Made by a program: the position numbers and the translations under genes
IMG/VR virus record: IMGVR_UViG_3300031578_000032
Span: 1 to 59,581 of that record
DNA: 59,581 nt
From: a virus
Taxonomy: Duplodnaviria > Caudoviricetes
Direction: 5' to 3' (one strand)
The notes under the pieces: model-generated
Databases searched by the model: none
Seen by the model: only the letters and a program-made list of their open reading frames with translations
Told to the model about the DNA's origin: nothing
Shown here: positions 38,763 to 49,092 of the stretch, piece after piece
How positions within the stretch are numbered: the stretch's first letter is position 1
How the letters are laid out: each line of letters begins with the position of its first letter

Positions 38763-39679
38763 ATATTCTCCAATGACTGATTTAAAAATTTTTGTGATTC
38801 CACACTACAAGTTATTTTTGCTAAATTTCCAGTTGAACATTCACTACCAGCTGGATGACCATATTTGTAGTGGCATCTCTCGCAAACAGATATTGCATAA
38901 TCTGGATCTAGTGCAAAAAATGGTTCAAGCTTTTTAGGTCTTAAATGATGAACTATGGTCGCATGTTCTCCACAGTAGTGGCACAGTTCGTTATCTCTTT
39001 TTAAAACAAGTTGATTTAAAGTATCAAGTTCTGTTGAAGTGTAAGGTAATTTATTATCTTTAATTTCATATGGATCATTTTGTAGCCCATATAAAAAGCA
39101 TGTATCCTTACAGTGTTGAGAACAGTAAAAGTAACTTAAATCATGACCATAATTTTCTAAAGCGCTTATTCTAGCTTCTAATTGTCTACTAGTTGGAGTG
39201 AACCATCCATCTTTTTCTTTTGAGTTTTTACATTCATGGTTTTTACAATGGACCTGTATTTCTCTCTCTTCTAATGGTTTATATGGGTTGTATCTCATTT
39301 CTTCTATTTTAGAAAAGAAAAGATATTTTTCATTTATTATTTCTATACTTCTTCTACAGGAGTATGCTTCTATACCCTTATTCCAAGGCTCTCTTCCTTT
39401 TAATTTTTTTCTCAAAATTTCTTTAACTTTTTCACTTCTTGGACAATTTTTGTTATGTGGAATTCTACCAAGAGCTTTTAATCTTATTTTTTCTTTTGCT
39501 TCAGAAGTTTGTTTTCTTTTATACATAGGATTGTTTTTTCCAATTGTTTGTTGTTTAAGTCTTTCTCTGTTAGCGGGACAACTTTGCCATTTTTCACTAC
39601 AACACCATTTCCCATTCTTAAACTGATATTTTGCTTCTCTACCACAACCATATTCGCAAATTTTCAAATTTAGACCCAC
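38759..39679 (-). CDS. HNH homing endonuclease with NUMOD3-like repeats
   Basis: CEYGCG, GKNNPMY, PWNKG, RDNELCHYCG...VHH...CERCH. Confidence 0.85.
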   Translation of the reverse strand: MGLNLKICEYGCGREAKYQFKNGKWCCSEKWQSCPANRERLKQQTIGKNNPMYKRKQTSEAKEKIRLKALGRIPHNKNCPRSEKVKEILRKKLKGREPWNKGIEAYSCRRSIEIINEKYLFFSKIEEMRYNPYKPLEEREIQVHCKNHECKNSKEKDGWFTPTSRQLEARISALENYGHDLSYFYCSQHCKDTCFLYGLQNDPYEIKDNKLPYTSTELDTLNQLVLKRDNELCHYCGEHATIVHHLRPKKLEPFFALDPDYAISVCERCHYKYGHPAGSECSTGNLAKITCSVESQKFLNQSLENI

Positions 39680-40335
39680 CTTTCAAAAAAGTTTGCTACT
39701 TTAGTTTCAATCAATTTATCAAAATAATTTGGCATAAAACATTGTCCATCTACACATATTAGTCCATTGTCAGATTCAAATAACATAGCTTGCTCAAATT
39801 TCATTTCATTAAAATCAACAACAGCAGCTCTATGTGATGGCATTGACACAGCATCAAATGCTATAATAGTTAATGGAGATCTAACAACACTATGATCTTT
39901 TAATCTTTCTAATTCTGCTAATCCTCTCATTGAAAATCCAACGCCAGTCTTATCTCGTAATAATGAAAACAAAGTATTTCCTTTTTGGGTACTTAATGTT
40001 TCCATTTCTCCAATTAAAACATTTTGTTTAAATTCATATGCTCTTATAATGTGAGATGCATTATTTAATGAAACAGTTGTTTGTCTTATACCATCAATTT
40101 GATCATTCCCTGTTGGCAAAGGATGGTCAAGCTCTGAATAAAACGCTCTCCTGTTCATTCTCATATCACAATGTCCCATACCCTCACCTAACACTGAACT
40201 TGGATATAACCTACCATTTTGATTTATTTCATCAGTAGTTTGTATTGGGCATCTGAATATTGCTCGGGTTGGCGTTTGTTTAACAATCTCAGCTTCTGAA
40301 TAAATACCCTGCTCTATAATAAATTTTGAACTCAT
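39670..40335 (-). CDS. prohead protease (T4 gp21-like)
   Basis: NQNGRLYP, ELDHP, SHII, GFSMRG, FDAVSMPSH. Confidence 0.92.
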   Translation of the reverse strand: MSSKFIIEQGIYSEAEIVKQTPTRAIFRCPIQTTDEINQNGRLYPSSVLGEGMGHCDMRMNRRAFYSELDHPLPTGNDQIDGIRQTTVSLNNASHIIRAYEFKQNVLIGEMETLSTQKGNTLFSLLRDKTGVGFSMRGLAELERLKDHSVVRSPLTIIAFDAVSMPSHRAAVVDFNEMKFEQAMLFESDNGLICVDGQCFMPNYFDKLIETKVANFFERWV

Positions 40336-40338
40336 TAT

Positions 40339-41001
40339 TTAATCCTCGTTATCTTTGTTATTTTTAAAATAGTCTCTAACTTTTTTATATGAAACATCTA
40401 GAAATTTATAAAATATGATTATAATATCATCTAACTTTTCTTTATAAACATCGAAGTTAGCTGATAATGTTTTGAATAAATCAATTGCTTTTGAAATTAA
40501 ATTTCTTACTTCAATCATTTCCATGTCAGTAACATCTTGTAACATATTCTCTAGTGCTGATAATCTTGTGTATATCTTCTTGAGTTCATATACTCTTCCA
40601 ATTTGACCTGGAGTTAATGGTTCTTCTTTTTCTTCACCAGGCATACCACCCATTTCATCGCCCATACCAGCTTCGGCACCCATGTCACCCATATCTTCTT
40701 CACCACCAGCCATAGCTGGATCTTCCACAGCAGCTTCTTCACCACCTTCAATTTCTGGTGTAGTAAGGTCAGGTTCTGGGACTTCTGTTGGAATTTCTTC
40801 CTCCTCTTCCTCCTGTTCTTTTATTTCTTTAGTTTCTCCATATGGTCTATGAGTTATATATTCATCATCATCAACAAAAGGTACATCAACTGGGTCATCA
40901 TTCTTTTGGTTACTAAGAGTTGTATCTTGTGTTGTAGTTATTTCATATTTAAGAAACAACATATTTTGTAAACTTGTTATAATATCTCTTGGATTAGACA
41001 T
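40339..41001 (-). CDS. acidic head-assembly/prohead core-like protein
   Basis: E/G/M-rich low-complexity region; between portal and protease. Confidence 0.5.
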   Translation of the reverse strand: MSNPRDIITSLQNMLFLKYEITTTQDTTLSNQKNDDPVDVPFVDDDEYITHRPYGETKEIKEQEEEEEEIPTEVPEPDLTTPEIEGGEEAAVEDPAMAGGEEDMGDMGAEAGMGDEMGGMPGEEKEEPLTPGQIGRVYELKKIYTRLSALENMLQDVTDMEMIEVRNLISKAIDLFKTLSANFDVYKEKLDDIIIIFYKFLDVSYKKVRDYFKNNKDNED

Positions 41002-41013
41002 TTTTATCTCCTA

Positions 41014-42924
41014 TTAAAATCCACCCATTGCTCCTCCGCCCATTCCACCCATTCCACCCATTCCACCCATTTCATCTTCTTTCTTAGATGGATCAAGAGT
41101 TTGGTCAATCTTAACATCAGTTTCATATTTAGAAACTTCATCCCAATCAATTTGTGGAAGATATTTCTTTCTAGAATACTCTTTTGGTATTCCTACTCTT
41201 TCAAGTCCATCAATCAATCCGGTAACTTCATTCATATATCTCGCTTCTCTTTCATATTGTAATGATTTTGGTGGTGGAAATGAAACTTGAACATTATCAA
41301 ATATTGTTAGAGCTTCTTCTGGACTCATTATATCAAATAATTTTTCAATCAGATCCTGTACCTGATGTGTTAGATATTTTTGATGTGATATGATTGTTCT
41401 TGCAAATAATATATTTTCTTCAGTCAATGTATTCTTAGCAGAAATGTTTTCTTCAATCCCAATAAATCCAGGTGGGACTCCAAGACCAGCTACAAGTTGA
41501 TCTCTCATAAATTTAAGTTCATCAACTTTGCTTCTAACATCAACATTTCCTTCATTAAATGTACTAATATCTACAAATGGTTTTCCATCTCGTTGTGGGA
41601 TATAAACATCTTCAAAAGTTGTAATCATACTTGGAATTGTATCAACTGTACCGAAACTATCCAGGGTAATTTTTCTTTTTCTAAATTCTTCTTTAAGTTT
41701 TTCAATTACCTTTTTAGCATCTCTTGGAAGACCAACTTCAACAGCAATCTTTCTTTTTTCAGTTGATCTTGATAATCGTTGTATTGCTAATGCAGTTTCA
41801 AGAGCAATTAAAACTTTTGCTGAAAATTGACCATTATCAAATATTGATTCTCCATATGGATAATATTTACTTGAAGGAATTCTAAAATGAACCATTTTAT
41901 CAGGAGACACATATCTAATTTCTATTGATTTATTATAATCAGATTGTGCTAGCATTTGACGAATAATATGTTTAAGTTCATCATTATTTTTAAATTCTTG
42001 CATTTGTGGAATTTTTGCTTCCAGACTTTTAAGAATTGAAAGTACAATATTATTAATAGCATCTTCTGCAATAGAGGTACCAGGAACTGCTGTTATTTGT
42101 GGAAAAATTAAATAACCAAAACAAACCGGAAATAATGAACTCTGTAATCTTAAAACATATTGTGGCTCATGATAAATTAATTTCAGATTCTTAAGCAATT
42201 TCATACTTTTAATATCTTTATTATCCTCTTTCTTTTCAGTAAGAGAAGAATAATTAATTGAGAAATTATATATCTCTTTATTAATAGTTTCATTAAAATT
42301 ATCAACATCACCAACCCTTTTTGAAGTTTCAACAGCATTAAGATATTCTTTTTCTGAAAGTAATGATTTACTTGTTAAAGCTGTAATAGCATCCCCAATT
42401 TCACAGAAAAAATCGCCAAATAATAATGTATTTTTTACAATTAAATTTAAATCTTTTTCTAACTTAATCTTTTTAATAACATTCTTAACTCTTCTTACTT
42501 GAGCTTCTTCTGATACATCCTCAGAATCAACAGATGAACCTGTGGATTTAATATCCAAAGAAATTTTTGTAATATCATCAGGAGATAAAATGTTATCAAC
42601 TATAACATTTAAGGCTCTATGACAATAATTAATATTAGAAATTATTGCTTGATAGGTTTTATATCTAAGTATTCTACCACCTTGCCCAAATGATGATGGT
42701 CCAGCTCCTCCTTGAGAAAAAAGACCACTAGATGAACTAATTTGAACATTAGCATTTTTAGATATTAAACTTTTAACGAGATCAATATATCCATTACGCC
42801 CACTATTACTTCTATATGTTGATATATCTTTTACAACTTGATCTAGTTTAGCATCAATTTTTTGAGTCCGTGTACCCATTACTGCTAATTTCAATTTAGT
42901 AAACGTATCTTTTATTTCTGGCAT
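41014..42924 (-). CDS. portal protein (T4 gp20-like)
   Basis: YPYGESI, LETALAIQRLSRSTEKR, EDVYIPQRDG, DELKFMRDQLVAGLGVP, FARTI. Confidence 0.9.
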   Translation of the reverse strand: MPEIKDTFTKLKLAVMGTRTQKIDAKLDQVVKDISTYRSNSGRNGYIDLVKSLISKNANVQISSSSGLFSQGGAGPSSFGQGGRILRYKTYQAIISNINYCHRALNVIVDNILSPDDITKISLDIKSTGSSVDSEDVSEEAQVRRVKNVIKKIKLEKDLNLIVKNTLLFGDFFCEIGDAITALTSKSLLSEKEYLNAVETSKRVGDVDNFNETINKEIYNFSINYSSLTEKKEDNKDIKSMKLLKNLKLIYHEPQYVLRLQSSLFPVCFGYLIFPQITAVPGTSIAEDAINNIVLSILKSLEAKIPQMQEFKNNDELKHIIRQMLAQSDYNKSIEIRYVSPDKMVHFRIPSSKYYPYGESIFDNGQFSAKVLIALETALAIQRLSRSTEKRKIAVEVGLPRDAKKVIEKLKEEFRKRKITLDSFGTVDTIPSMITTFEDVYIPQRDGKPFVDISTFNEGNVDVRSKVDELKFMRDQLVAGLGVPPGFIGIEENISAKNTLTEENILFARTIISHQKYLTHQVQDLIEKLFDIMSPEEALTIFDNVQVSFPPPKSLQYEREARYMNEVTGLIDGLERVGIPKEYSRKKYLPQIDWDEVSKYETDVKIDQTLDPSKKEDEMGGMGGMGGMGGGAMGGF

Positions 42925-42934
42925 GTTGTCTCCT

Positions 42935-43183
42935 TTATTGTCTTGCCTTACTTCTCACACGTGGACCATATTTTTGATGAACTTTTTCTTTAAATTGACG
43001 GTATTTTTCTTTAAAATATATCATTCTTTTATATAACGGATCATTATGTTTTCTAGCTTGAGCGCTTGCCATCTGCCCAGCGGATCTTTTTATTTTACTT
43101 TGTCTTGTTATGTCACTTGATGAAGTCGTTTTAATCTCATCTAATATATTATCAACTAAAATATCAACTTTACTTAACTCCAT
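42935..43183 (-). CDS. basic small hypothetical protein
   Basis: 82 aa, GAGG RBS. Confidence 0.55.
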   Translation of the reverse strand: MELSKVDILVDNILDEIKTTSSSDITRQSKIKRSAGQMASAQARKHNDPLYKRMIYFKEKYRQFKEKVHQKYGPRVRSKARQ

Positions 43184-43612
43184 TTATTTATCCTCTAAAT
43201 TATCATCTGTCATTAAATTATCCATTGATTCTTTTCTTATTTCATCATTTTCATATCTCAAATTGAAATATTCTAAAAGATTAAATGTAAAAGATTCAAT
43301 GTTTCCATATAAAAATAAAAATTCTTTTTGAAGAGATGGTCCAATGAGTTTTTGAACTAATTGTACGTACTCTTTAGAAATGTTATCAATATCTTTTTCA
43401 TCAACTTTAATTGCATCTAAAGAATAAATTAAGATTCTATCTTTATATATTAAATCAAAAGCTCTCTCCATATTGTATTCAAGAGTAGCTCTATAATCAA
43501 TAAAATTTTTTGTAACATAGTTCCGTTTAATATCGTAATACATCCAGCAAATAACAAATAAAAATATTATAAAACAAAATGTCGTTCCTATTATTACACT
43601 AATCCCCCACAT
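43184..43612 (-). CDS. membrane-anchored hypothetical protein
   Basis: N-terminal transmembrane helix. Confidence 0.55.
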   Translation of the reverse strand: MWGISVIIGTTFCFIIFLFVICWMYYDIKRNYVTKNFIDYRATLEYNMERAFDLIYKDRILIYSLDAIKVDEKDIDNISKEYVQLVQKLIGPSLQKEFLFLYGNIESFTFNLLEYFNLRYENDEIRKESMDNLMTDDNLEDK

Positions 43613-43623
43613 TATGTTCTCCT

Positions 43624-43923
43624 TTAGTCTTCATCGGTTAATGTATACTCATCTTGTTCACCTGGTTCTTTTTTCTTGGAATGTATAACATCTCTGGATT
43701 TTGTTTTTATTGGTTTTTGTGTATCGACCATTTCTTTAATTACTATAGATATTATTTTACTTGGTCTGGTAATTACGGATGTGAATTTAGTTTGTAGGAT
43801 TGATATATTATTATTCTCAAGTATTGAAGATAATTTTTTAGAATATGTTTCTAATTCTTCTTCGTCATCATCATTAATTGAAATCAGTTTTGTACCCTCT
43901 TGATGTATTGTTATAGTCTTCAT
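43624..43923 (-). CDS. hypothetical protein
   Basis: 99 aa, coupled to upstream gene. Confidence 0.55.
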   Translation of the reverse strand: MKTITIHQEGTKLISINDDDEEELETYSKKLSSILENNNISILQTKFTSVITRPSKIISIVIKEMVDTQKPIKTKSRDVIHSKKKEPGEQDEYTLTDED

Positions 43924-44264
43924 TCGAGTGCCAACCTTTCTAAATATGATAAATCTTCAGGTAATTCAATTTCTTCAATGATTGGTTCTTCATCATCTTG
44001 AGGTAATTCAATTTCTTCAATGATTGGTTCTTCATCATCTTGAGATATATCTTGTACTATTGGTTTTATATTTTTTACAACTATAGGCCCAAAAGAATAA
44101 TATTCATCTGTTATCCCTTTAGATCTTAGTTGAAGTTTAATGTTATTAAATTCATCATCTGTAAGTTTAATATCAACAGGAGTTCTAACAACTCTTCCAT
44201 GAGTAATTATAGTTTCTCCTTTAGCAGTTATTCTCAGTAGTTTTTTCATAAAAATTCCTTTCAT
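43920..44264 (-). CDS. hypothetical protein with a duplicated 14-aa acidic motif
   Basis: QDDEEPIIEEIELP x2. Confidence 0.55.
   Translation of the reverse strand: MKGIFMKKLLRITAKGETIITHGRVVRTPVDIKLTDDEFNNIKLQLRSKGITDEYYSFGPIVVKNIKPIVQDISQDDEEPIIEEIELPQDDEEPIIEEIELPEDLSYLERLALE
43959..44042. repeat. perfect 42-bp tandem duplication
   Basis: aggtaattcaatttcttcaatgattggttcttcatcatcttg at 43959 and 44001. Confidence 0.9.
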
Positions 44265-44299
44265 AATGTGAGTGGATAATTAAAATACCCACTCACATT
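44265..44299. terminator. hairpin after the acidic protein gene
   Basis: AATGTGAGTGG-N13-CCACTCACATT. Confidence 0.55.
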
Positions 44300-44306
44300 T
44301 TAATAT

Positions 44307-45314
44307 TTAAACTTTTATTTCTTCTTCCTCACCTTCATCTTCGTCTTCGTCTTCAACTTCTTCTTGTTCTTTTACTTCTTCCTCACCTTCATCTTCATCT
44401 TCATCTTCAATTTGTTCTTTAAAGATTTGAAATGCTTCCTCTATATCTTCTTCATCTTCGCCCATACCCGGTTTACCCATTGCACCCTTAGCTTTTATGG
44501 GTCCACCACCAACTCCGGCGTCTTCTTTAATTTTTTCATCTACATCTAATTCTTCTTCCTCAGGTTCTTCAGCATCTTCCTGTTCTGAATAATTTTTAGG
44601 TTTTACAAATGAATCAGCAACATCTTTTCTGTTAGGAACTTTCCCGGCATCTGTGCCTGTACCCGCCTGTTCTGTCCCTGCTCCAGTGGTATCTTCCTCT
44701 GAATTTTTTGATTTCTTTTCTTTTGAGGCTTCCATGCCAGCAGCTACACCATCAAAATCTTTTTTGCCAGCCATGGTTTCACCTTCTTCTAAATCTTCTT
44801 CTTCTTCTTCATCTTCTTCTTCCATTTCAGCAATGAGTTTTTCAATAACAGCATTTTCGATATCTTCTGTTACTTCTTCCTCACCTTCTTCAGATTTATC
44901 ATCGACTTCTTCTTGTTCTTCTACTTCTTCCTCTTCATCATCTTCATCATCTTTGATTTCTTCTTGCTCTTTAGCGATATCTTTTTCTTTTTCAGTTTTT
45001 GAAGCTGCTACTGTGTTAGCTTTAGATGTGCCAGCTTGAGATGTACCAGCACCCTCAGCATCTTTCATTGCCTCACCTGCTGAACTACCTTCATCTTCAG
45101 TAGCCATTTCAATGTCACCATCTTGATTTTCATTGAAATAGTATCTCTCTAAAATGCTAGCAGCATCTTGATTTGTGGGTAATTCACCCCCACCATCCCA
45201 TTTTAAAATCCCATCAAGAAATGGTCCTTTAACTTCTGCATGTTTCGCTACATCAGTAAATTCTGAGATAGCTTCCTTTAGTAAATTCTTATACGAAACT
45301 CTTTTCGTAGCCAT
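44307..45314 (-). CDS. highly acidic scaffold/prohead core-like protein
   Basis: E/D-rich; repeated (L/I/V/F)xE sites (LLKE, IAKEQ, FKEQ, VKEQ) resembling gp21-type cleavage sites; own motif A and terminator. Confidence 0.55.
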   Translation of the reverse strand: MATKRVSYKNLLKEAISEFTDVAKHAEVKGPFLDGILKWDGGGELPTNQDAASILERYYFNENQDGDIEMATEDEGSSAGEAMKDAEGAGTSQAGTSKANTVAASKTEKEKDIAKEQEEIKDDEDDEEEEVEEQEEVDDKSEEGEEEVTEDIENAVIEKLIAEMEEEDEEEEEDLEEGETMAGKKDFDGVAAGMEASKEKKSKNSEEDTTGAGTEQAGTGTDAGKVPNRKDVADSFVKPKNYSEQEDAEEPEEEELDVDEKIKEDAGVGGGPIKAKGAMGKPGMGEDEEDIEEAFQIFKEQIEDEDEDEGEEEVKEQEEVEDEDEDEGEEEEIKV

Positions 45315-45360
45315 TGTTAATTTCCTCCTATGAAATTGTCTTTTTTACATGTAATATACA

Positions 45361-45378
45361 TTTTTATTTTGTTCTAAT
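45361..45378 (-). promoter_or_regulatory. motif A upstream of the acidic protein gene
   Basis: TAGAACAAAATAAAAA. Confidence 0.55.
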
Positions 45379-45408
45379 TTTATTCACTTGAAAAAGTCAG
45401 TTCGTTTC

Positions 45409-46896
45409 TCAAATTTCACAGCCAGGAAAACTCATTGGAGCATTTTGTGTTGAATCTGCCTTCCTAACATTAACCAATAAATTAGCATTAAGAAACTTAA
45501 ATTTATCAAATGCTACTTGAAAATTAATTGACACTCCGCTCTTACCACTACGGTTTTTACCAACTTTTCCATAAACAATTGTGTCATCTGTTTGATCTTT
45601 TGCCATTAACATAACAAAATCTGCATGCTCTACTTTTTTAATTGATTCCGACATTTGATCTACATTTAATTGACTTGCTTCTTGTATTCTGTATGCAGCT
45701 CTTCCTAATTGTGAAGCTGTAACCACAGGGATATTATATTGTACTGCTAAAGTTTTCAATGATAAAGTAATATGCCCTAATTCTAATCTATACATATCAT
45801 ATCCTGTATCTGCTTTTAACAGATCTAAATAATCAACATACAACCCAGCAATAGCTTCTTTACCATAATCGTTTATTGCATCATCAACAACCCCCATTAA
45901 ATCAACTACACTAATACTCATTGCTGGAAAATATTTCATAATAATTGTTGAGCCACAGTTGGTAAATTTATTAACTATTTTTTTCTTAAATTCTTCAATA
46001 TTAAAATTTTCCCTTGTAAGTTCTCGTAACATTTGAGGTGTTGTTTTATTAAACATTGGTTGATAAGTTCTAATTAAAGCTTCTTCAATTGTATTTTCCA
46101 TGGTTACATAAACATAAACCTTGTTTATTTCATTTGGTTTTATTATTGGTTTATTAGGATCTATTAATGTTGCTGATTTATAAATTGTATTATTTAACAT
46201 TGTTGATTTACCAGCTCCAGATCCTCCACCAAAAACATATAATCTGGATGGTTCATACCCACCAAGCATTATATTATTATCAAAAATTGGAAATCCAGTT
46301 GGAGTTGTATTTTGTCTTTCATATTTTTTCTTAATCATTTCAACAACATGACTATAATCATCCTTGACTAAATCTAGCGATGCTGATGCTTCAATAGTAA
46401 CTGATCTATTACTTTCCATTAAATTTGAATATAGTTTCTTTATAGTTACTTCATAATCTTCAACCATATTATCAATAGAATCAAATGACCCCTCTTTAAT
46501 TGAATCCAGCACATCACTTAATTCATCATAATTTTGGAATAGAGCATTAATCTTTTTTCTTAATCTAATTTGATTAATAATATCTTGGAATGCATGATCT
46601 TTAATATTTTCATTAACCTTCAAGTCTATAAAACCAACATGCTGCCTGAACTTTTCTCCAATCATAATACTATCTATTGCATTCTCAACAATTTTATCCT
46701 TTAGAAACATTCCACATAATTGTTTTAATAACTCTAACTTATTCTGAACTTCTACCGGAACATCAAATGACTTTTGTCCCTCACTGAACTTCAATACATC
46801 CAAAATATCTCTGTATAATGCTTTTACCTTTCTAATTTTAGAATTTTTATTCAGAAGTAAGATAAAACATGAATTAAGAAATGAATCAGTAATCAT
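45409..46896 (-). CDS. replicative DNA helicase (DnaB/T4 gp41-like)
   Basis: GGSGAGKS Walker A, YVTMEN, VDYLDLL, TASQLGR, KNRSG. Confidence 0.92.
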   Translation of the reverse strand: MITDSFLNSCFILLLNKNSKIRKVKALYRDILDVLKFSEGQKSFDVPVEVQNKLELLKQLCGMFLKDKIVENAIDSIMIGEKFRQHVGFIDLKVNENIKDHAFQDIINQIRLRKKINALFQNYDELSDVLDSIKEGSFDSIDNMVEDYEVTIKKLYSNLMESNRSVTIEASASLDLVKDDYSHVVEMIKKKYERQNTTPTGFPIFDNNIMLGGYEPSRLYVFGGGSGAGKSTMLNNTIYKSATLIDPNKPIIKPNEINKVYVYVTMENTIEEALIRTYQPMFNKTTPQMLRELTRENFNIEEFKKKIVNKFTNCGSTIIMKYFPAMSISVVDLMGVVDDAINDYGKEAIAGLYVDYLDLLKADTGYDMYRLELGHITLSLKTLAVQYNIPVVTASQLGRAAYRIQEASQLNVDQMSESIKKVEHADFVMLMAKDQTDDTIVYGKVGKNRSGKSGVSINFQVAFDKFKFLNANLLVNVRKADSTQNAPMSFPGCEI

Positions 46897-47212
46897 ATGG
46901 TCTCCCTATATAATGTCTTTTCATAGAATCTGGATGTGAAAGAGATTCTAATATTTCTTTATCTATTTGTTTTGCTACTTCTCGTGTCATTTCTTCCATA
47001 AGTTTGCCCTGAAAATCTATCTCAAAACTATTAGATGTTTCACTCATACTTGTCTGACTAAACGATACTTTAAAAAACCTTGGTTTTATACTTCCCATGG
47101 CATTAGTCACCCAATCAAGTTTTCCTTTTCCCATACATTTTGGGCATAGATTTTTAATATATCCTATATCATTACATTTGTCGCATATTACTTCACCATC
47201 ATTTAGTATCAT
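46886..47212 (-). CDS. DnaJ-type zinc finger fused to a major-capsid-like fragment
   Basis: GEVICDKC...CPKCMGKGKLDWV; tail aligns ungapped with the MCP in this window. Confidence 0.7.
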   Translation of the reverse strand: MILNDGEVICDKCNDIGYIKNLCPKCMGKGKLDWVTNAMGSIKPRFFKVSFSQTSMSETSNSFEIDFQGKLMEEMTREVAKQIDKEILESLSHPDSMKRHYIGRPYDY

Positions 47213-47658
47213 TTGTCAGCCACCACATTCATAATTTTTTGTCTCCATGATATTTTTTCTTTATAAGGAATTGTTTTAATTTTAGGTAATTGACGTATAT
47301 TTACTTTAGACTTTTGTTTAAGAGACTTTCCACCAGGTATGCTTTTTGGTGAAGAGGGTGGGAGTGTATTGATAAAATAAAATGGGATGTAAAGTTTTGC
47401 ATGACCACTACTACCACCAACAATATGTGCTGATGATGAATTCAGTCCATTAGTTCCAGACATCCCAGCGCCAGTCGCATTAGTTATCCAATCAAGTTTT
47501 CCTTTACCTAAACAATGATAACATCGAGAAACTTTATTATCTTCACAATCATAAAAATATCCCCAACCATTACAGACCTCACATATACAATCACCATCTT
47601 TAAAATCTTCAAATTTCTTTATATCAGTTTTTCTGTAATAAACGGCCTCTTTGTTCAT
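47209..47658 (-). CDS. DnaJ-type zinc finger paralogue with a G/S-rich tail
   Basis: CEVCNGWG...CYHCLGKGKLDWI; GMSGTNG..SSS..GGSSG. Confidence 0.65.
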   Translation of the reverse strand: MNKEAVYYRKTDIKKFEDFKDGDCICEVCNGWGYFYDCEDNKVSRCYHCLGKGKLDWITNATGAGMSGTNGLNSSSAHIVGGSSGHAKLYIPFYFINTLPPSSPKSIPGGKSLKQKSKVNIRQLPKIKTIPYKEKISWRQKIMNVVADK

Positions 47659-49040
47659 ATTTTTAATAACTCCGTTTCATGATTTAAATTAATAAATTCA
47701 TCCTTATCTAAAAACCTTTTAACTAAATCTTCACAATAATTTTCATCTAATTGTACTAACATATCCAATGATCTTGCAACCATAGCAGCTTTCTTTACAC
47801 CCTTTTTTGTCATTTTACCACTATTTAAATCTCTTGTTAATGTTGCACATTGGATTTCAAATTCGCCTTTTTCACCCGACTTATATAACGGATAAATTTC
47901 ATCTGCAAGTTTTCTAGATCGTTCTTGAATTTCTGCCCATTGCCATAACATATATAGCATTGAATATACTTTTACATCTTCATAAAATGTTCCAGTCTTT
48001 GGATCATAAACTTCACCAACTTTAATCTTTTTGAAATTCATTTTATCTGAAAATTCATCTAGAATTATTTGTAACTGTTCATAAACCCTAACATATTTAC
48101 TAAACATGTTATTTAGATTTGGAGTCCTCAAATCCATTTTTTGAAGATGACCATCTGGGTGGTCAACCCATAAATATCTTCCAATCATTAAAGACTTAAA
48201 TAAACCAGACGAGTCATAAGTGATGTTTAATTTTATATTATGTTTTTCTAATACAACTTTCCTAAATAATTCATAAAAAGTTACATCTCGAAAATTTGCT
48301 CCACCTAAAATATGAAAGTTCAAAAAATCTCTTCCATATCTTTTAGCTTCATTCAATAAAGGAATTATTGGTAGAACATATATAATACAAGGAATAACCA
48401 TATCTGAAGACATGTTTGCTACAATACCACCTGTACCATGATATTGAAATGAGTTAAACATATTATCTTCTCGAAGTATTTTTGTGTAAAGTTTCCATAA
48501 TTCTGGTGTTCTAAAATGATGTATATAAATTATTTTTTTTCTAATATCATCGGGAAGTTCTTTAGCCCGATTATATGATTCTAAGTTTAGTTCATACACA
48601 TCTTTAAATGTTTTAAATATTTCACAATTTGGACCAGGCGGAATATCTAAAATAAATGCTCGTTCTATAACTTGATGGTGATTTTCAATCCACTCATAAT
48701 ACATTTTACCAAGTAAATTAGATTCCTCTCTAGTTAATCTACCAACAGATATTTGAAATCCTCCTGAGTCTACTATCAAATCTGATGAATTGAAAAACCC
48801 CCAACTTCGACATTTGTTATATACATTTTCTTCATTTTTATTATAGTTTTTATATCTTTTTTTACCAGCAAAATTTTGACCATATGAATGAAGGAATCCA
48901 GAGCAGATTTCCCCAAGAAAATCAGAAATTTGATCCCTCGTAAAGTTGTCATAAAATCGATCTTTTTTACCTAACATATAATTATTTAATATAGAAGCAA
49001 GACTTTCAAATCCTGCCAAAATGTAACCAGATTTAACCAT
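47655..49040 (-). CDS. TGT/DpdA-like base-exchange transglycosylase
   Basis: LIVDSGGFQ, ILDIP, GTGG, FHILGG, TYDSS pattern of the TGT fold; QueE nearby. Confidence 0.7.
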   Translation of the reverse strand: MVKSGYILAGFESLASILNNYMLGKKDRFYDNFTRDQISDFLGEICSGFLHSYGQNFAGKKRYKNYNKNEENVYNKCRSWGFFNSSDLIVDSGGFQISVGRLTREESNLLGKMYYEWIENHHQVIERAFILDIPPGPNCEIFKTFKDVYELNLESYNRAKELPDDIRKKIIYIHHFRTPELWKLYTKILREDNMFNSFQYHGTGGIVANMSSDMVIPCIIYVLPIIPLLNEAKRYGRDFLNFHILGGANFRDVTFYELFRKVVLEKHNIKLNITYDSSGLFKSLMIGRYLWVDHPDGHLQKMDLRTPNLNNMFSKYVRVYEQLQIILDEFSDKMNFKKIKVGEVYDPKTGTFYEDVKVYSMLYMLWQWAEIQERSRKLADEIYPLYKSGEKGEFEIQCATLTRDLNSGKMTKKGVKKAAMVARSLDMLVQLDENYCEDLVKRFLDKDEFINLNHETELLKI

Positions 49041-49057
49041 TTATTCACCTCATTCAT

Positions 49058-49076
49058 ATTTTTAATTTTGTTCCAA
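49058..49076 (-). promoter_or_regulatory. motif A upstream of the DpdA-like gene
   Basis: TGGAACAAAATTAAAAA. Confidence 0.55.
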
Positions 49077-49092
49077 ATTCATTTATTATCAT

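Noticed and set aside
44364-45039. Plus-strand Ser- or Phe-rich ORFs
   Set aside because: Antisense shadows of GAA/GAT codons in the acidic protein gene
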